Source: Macrostomum lignano
Taxonomy: Eukaryota
Reading direction: 5' to 3'
DNA: 64,000 nucleotides
NCBI GenBank assembly: GCA_002269645.1
Contig: NIVC01000197.1
Coordinates: 434,001 to 498,000, forward strand
The notes below the pieces were generated by a model. That model was not told the DNA's origin and did no database searches. It saw only the letters and a list, made by a program, of their open reading frames with translations. Each line of letters opens with the position of its first letter. Position 1 is the stretch's first letter. Positions 61,611 through 64,000 of the stretch are shown piece by piece. Both the position numbers and the translations under genes were made by a program.

Positions 61611-63583
61611 GAGTCCTTGGCCTCCCAAAAAATTTATAAGAAACGCGTAGTTTACCTACTATTAGAGTAAAATGATTGTATAAGTTAATTCCCTGAAGTA
61701 ATTTTACTCAAGTTCAAGTTATCGCTATTTTAAACAGTTTTCTGAGGTGCTCATGTTTTAAGCACGAATCTCCAGTTCTAAGGAGAATTTTCCCTCACAG
61801 CCGCTGCCTATTTGCATTTCCCCAACTGTTTACCTACAAGTCCGTGACGCCAAGACTGCATAAGCTAATTTAGCAGTTCCAGCCAAGGCAGTAATAAAAA
61901 TGGCCAATCAATATTTGACAAACCGACAGGGCACCCAGTTTGGCAGATCGGGTTTCAAGCAGAAAAGAAATGGGAAAGGCGCCCTGCAGCCCCTGAAACC
62001 CCTCGATCTGATCAATGAGTTTATAATTCTGGGGAGGCCTCGGAACTCCTTCTCTGGACCAGCCCTCTGTCTTTTCTTGGTTGGCCATTTTACCAATGAA
62101 CGATGAGAGATGAGATGAGTAATCAATCAGATCAGCTGACCGGATATTCCAGCTGTAGTCAATAAATCAATGACTAGCATGCCGGGGCATTAACATAGTG
62201 TTTAGAGTTTATTAAACAATCCAAATTCAAGAACTGCGTGCGGGTCTTGCTGACAGAGGGTTCAATTATAAGCTCACAGAATACTATTAGCTGCCGAGGC
62301 ATCTCGCTATTTGAATAAAAGTTAGTTACTCCTGCCGTTTACCCAAAACAGCTGGTAAATGTTGGCTGGCAAATGGCCGTCTGGCAATCGGTGTAGACTC
62401 AAGAGAGCACACATCAAAGAGATCAACAATGATGGAAAAAGAGTTTAAGCAACAGCAAGTTTCTCGTGACCCATAGGATGCAAACAGCAGTGAAATTCTA
62501 CAAGGCTTTGCGCTGAACAAAACAGGCAATTATTAACAGATTATTATTATTATTATTATGTATGAAATTATGTAATATTACAAATAATGCTTCAACTTAC
62601 TGTTATATATAGAATCAGTAAGGTTATAATACACAGAAGTTTTGGTACAATCGCTAACATAAATATTGCAACAGGGCTGCTGTTACTATTAGAAATTTAT
62701 TAATAAATTAGTGTTTAAAATTATTGTATTACAGCATATTTTATTGTAGAATCTTATTTACAAAGAGAAAGTCTAAATTAGGATAGAAACAGGGGACGCA
62801 CAACAGGAGAAATATTTTCATGCTGAAAAATTTCGAATTTACAAATTTGAAAACCGACCCAGATGCCATGTAGGCTGTGCTAGGACCCTGGGGTAGAAAT
62901 GTTAATGAAATAATGGAATTATTTGTACTACTGGCATATGTTGGCATCAATGTCCAATTGACAGCCAAATATCTCCAAAGTTTGTCAGTATCCTGTGAAA
63001 CATTTGCAGCCTTCCGACTGAATTTGCAATGCTATCTAAAATCATTTTGCAAGCTGCTAGGATTGCTTCAGTTTAATACGGTAGGACTTGTAGGGTCAAA
63101 GCATTAAATATGACAATCAACAGGTGCTCAGGTATTATATAGTGCGCAATAGTACAGCTGCTCTCCTATATGTTACAACAGGTAAATATTCATATTGTAA
63201 ATAAGCCGCATTATATAACACAGCAGCAAATTCAACTAATTAACAGGTGCGGCAAAACAGAGCACAGGCAGTTAAAGACAAGGACTTAAGAAACATCCAA
63301 TAAACAGGAGAGCCTGCAAGCTGCTAGTTAAATCCGCCTTAATCCTGCAAGAGTCAAAACGTAAAAACAAGTGAAAACAAAAACAGAAAAAACACAGGTA
63401 AAAATTCGGTTACACTATCAGCAACAAACCGAGAGCTCCCAGGTGATGCCAGTTATGTGATACAGTAGTATTAAATAGCATATTGTAACTAGATGCGCGG
63501 TAAATCGCTGCCTTTATCAAATAACAAAAACTAGCAAATTAATAAATAAATCGAAGCCATTCACAGATTCTATGATAATAAAC

Positions 63584-63812
63584 TAGACAGGCCGCCCAGC
63601 AAATTTGCGTGTAAGCTACTTTCAATTCAGTAGTAAGAGTTAATCAAGCATTCTGATGTATTTTTAGGACAGGGCTCATTTGTGGCCTTTCAATTTCCCT
63701 TCGTGGAAAATCCCTTTTTGTCTTTCTTTTCATAAAATAGCTTACAAATTCTTCCTTGCTACTGAATTGACAGTAGGTAAACTGCTATACATGTACTAAA
63801 GTGGCCAGTCTA
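63584..63812. mobile_element. Short member of the TAGAYRGGCC MITE family
   Basis: Termini tagacaggcc / ggccagtcta; internal ctactttcaattcagtag / ctactgaattgacagtag. Confidence 0.7.
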
Positions 63813-63854
63813 GTTATTATCATATCTGTGGAAATTCCTACAGACATCTTCAGG

Positions 63855-63998
63855 CTAGGAAGCGTCTTCGCCGCCGATTTTTCCACCGCTGCCGTTGCTA
63901 ACGGCAACTGCAGGCGCCGATTCTGCCGGCTCTGCCTCCGTTGCCGACTTTTCCTCCTCGCCCTTGCCGTCGGCCGCAGCAGCCTCCGGCTTTGAATC
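63855..63998 (-). CDS. 3' end of a minus-strand gene entering from the right edge (acidic, Ala/Glu-rich tail)
   Basis: DSKPEAAAADGKGEEEKSATEAEPAESAPAVAVSNGSGGKIGGEDAS* with TAG at 63855-63857; GC-rich, coding-like codon use. Confidence 0.65.
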   Translation of the reverse strand, partial: DSKPEAAAADGKGEEEKSATEAEPAESAPAVAVSNGSGGKIGGEDAS

Positions 63999-64000
63999 CG

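Overview
Eukaryotic (animal) genomic DNA, not prokaryotic. GC-rich exons with poly-Ala/Gln tracts lie in AT-rich spacers and introns filled with locus-specific minisatellites, a pattern suggestive of a free-living flatworm such as Macrostomum (inference only). Genes reconstructed by hand, several missed or mis-framed by the ORF track: a RING-finger gene running off the left edge (-); a 3-exon 115-aa orphan (+); a low-complexity terminal exon (-); YRDC/Sua5 (2 exons, two in-frame ATGs); a 3-exon class A peptide-type GPCR (about 586 aa); a caveolin with two alternative, mutually homologous first coding exons; a single-pass membrane orphan; a His/Pro-rich terminal exon; a C-type-lectin-like membrane protein; and the 3' end of a minus-strand gene at the right edge. 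Mobile DNA includes a 5'-truncated, frameshifted Ty3/gypsy element, a decayed maT/DD37D Tc1-mariner, hAT and other MITEs, and two tRNA-derived SINE families (one with a MIR/CORE-like domain). A 5.5-kb block duplicated across an N gap is very probably an assembly artefact. No CRISPR array, rRNA or intact tRNA is supported.
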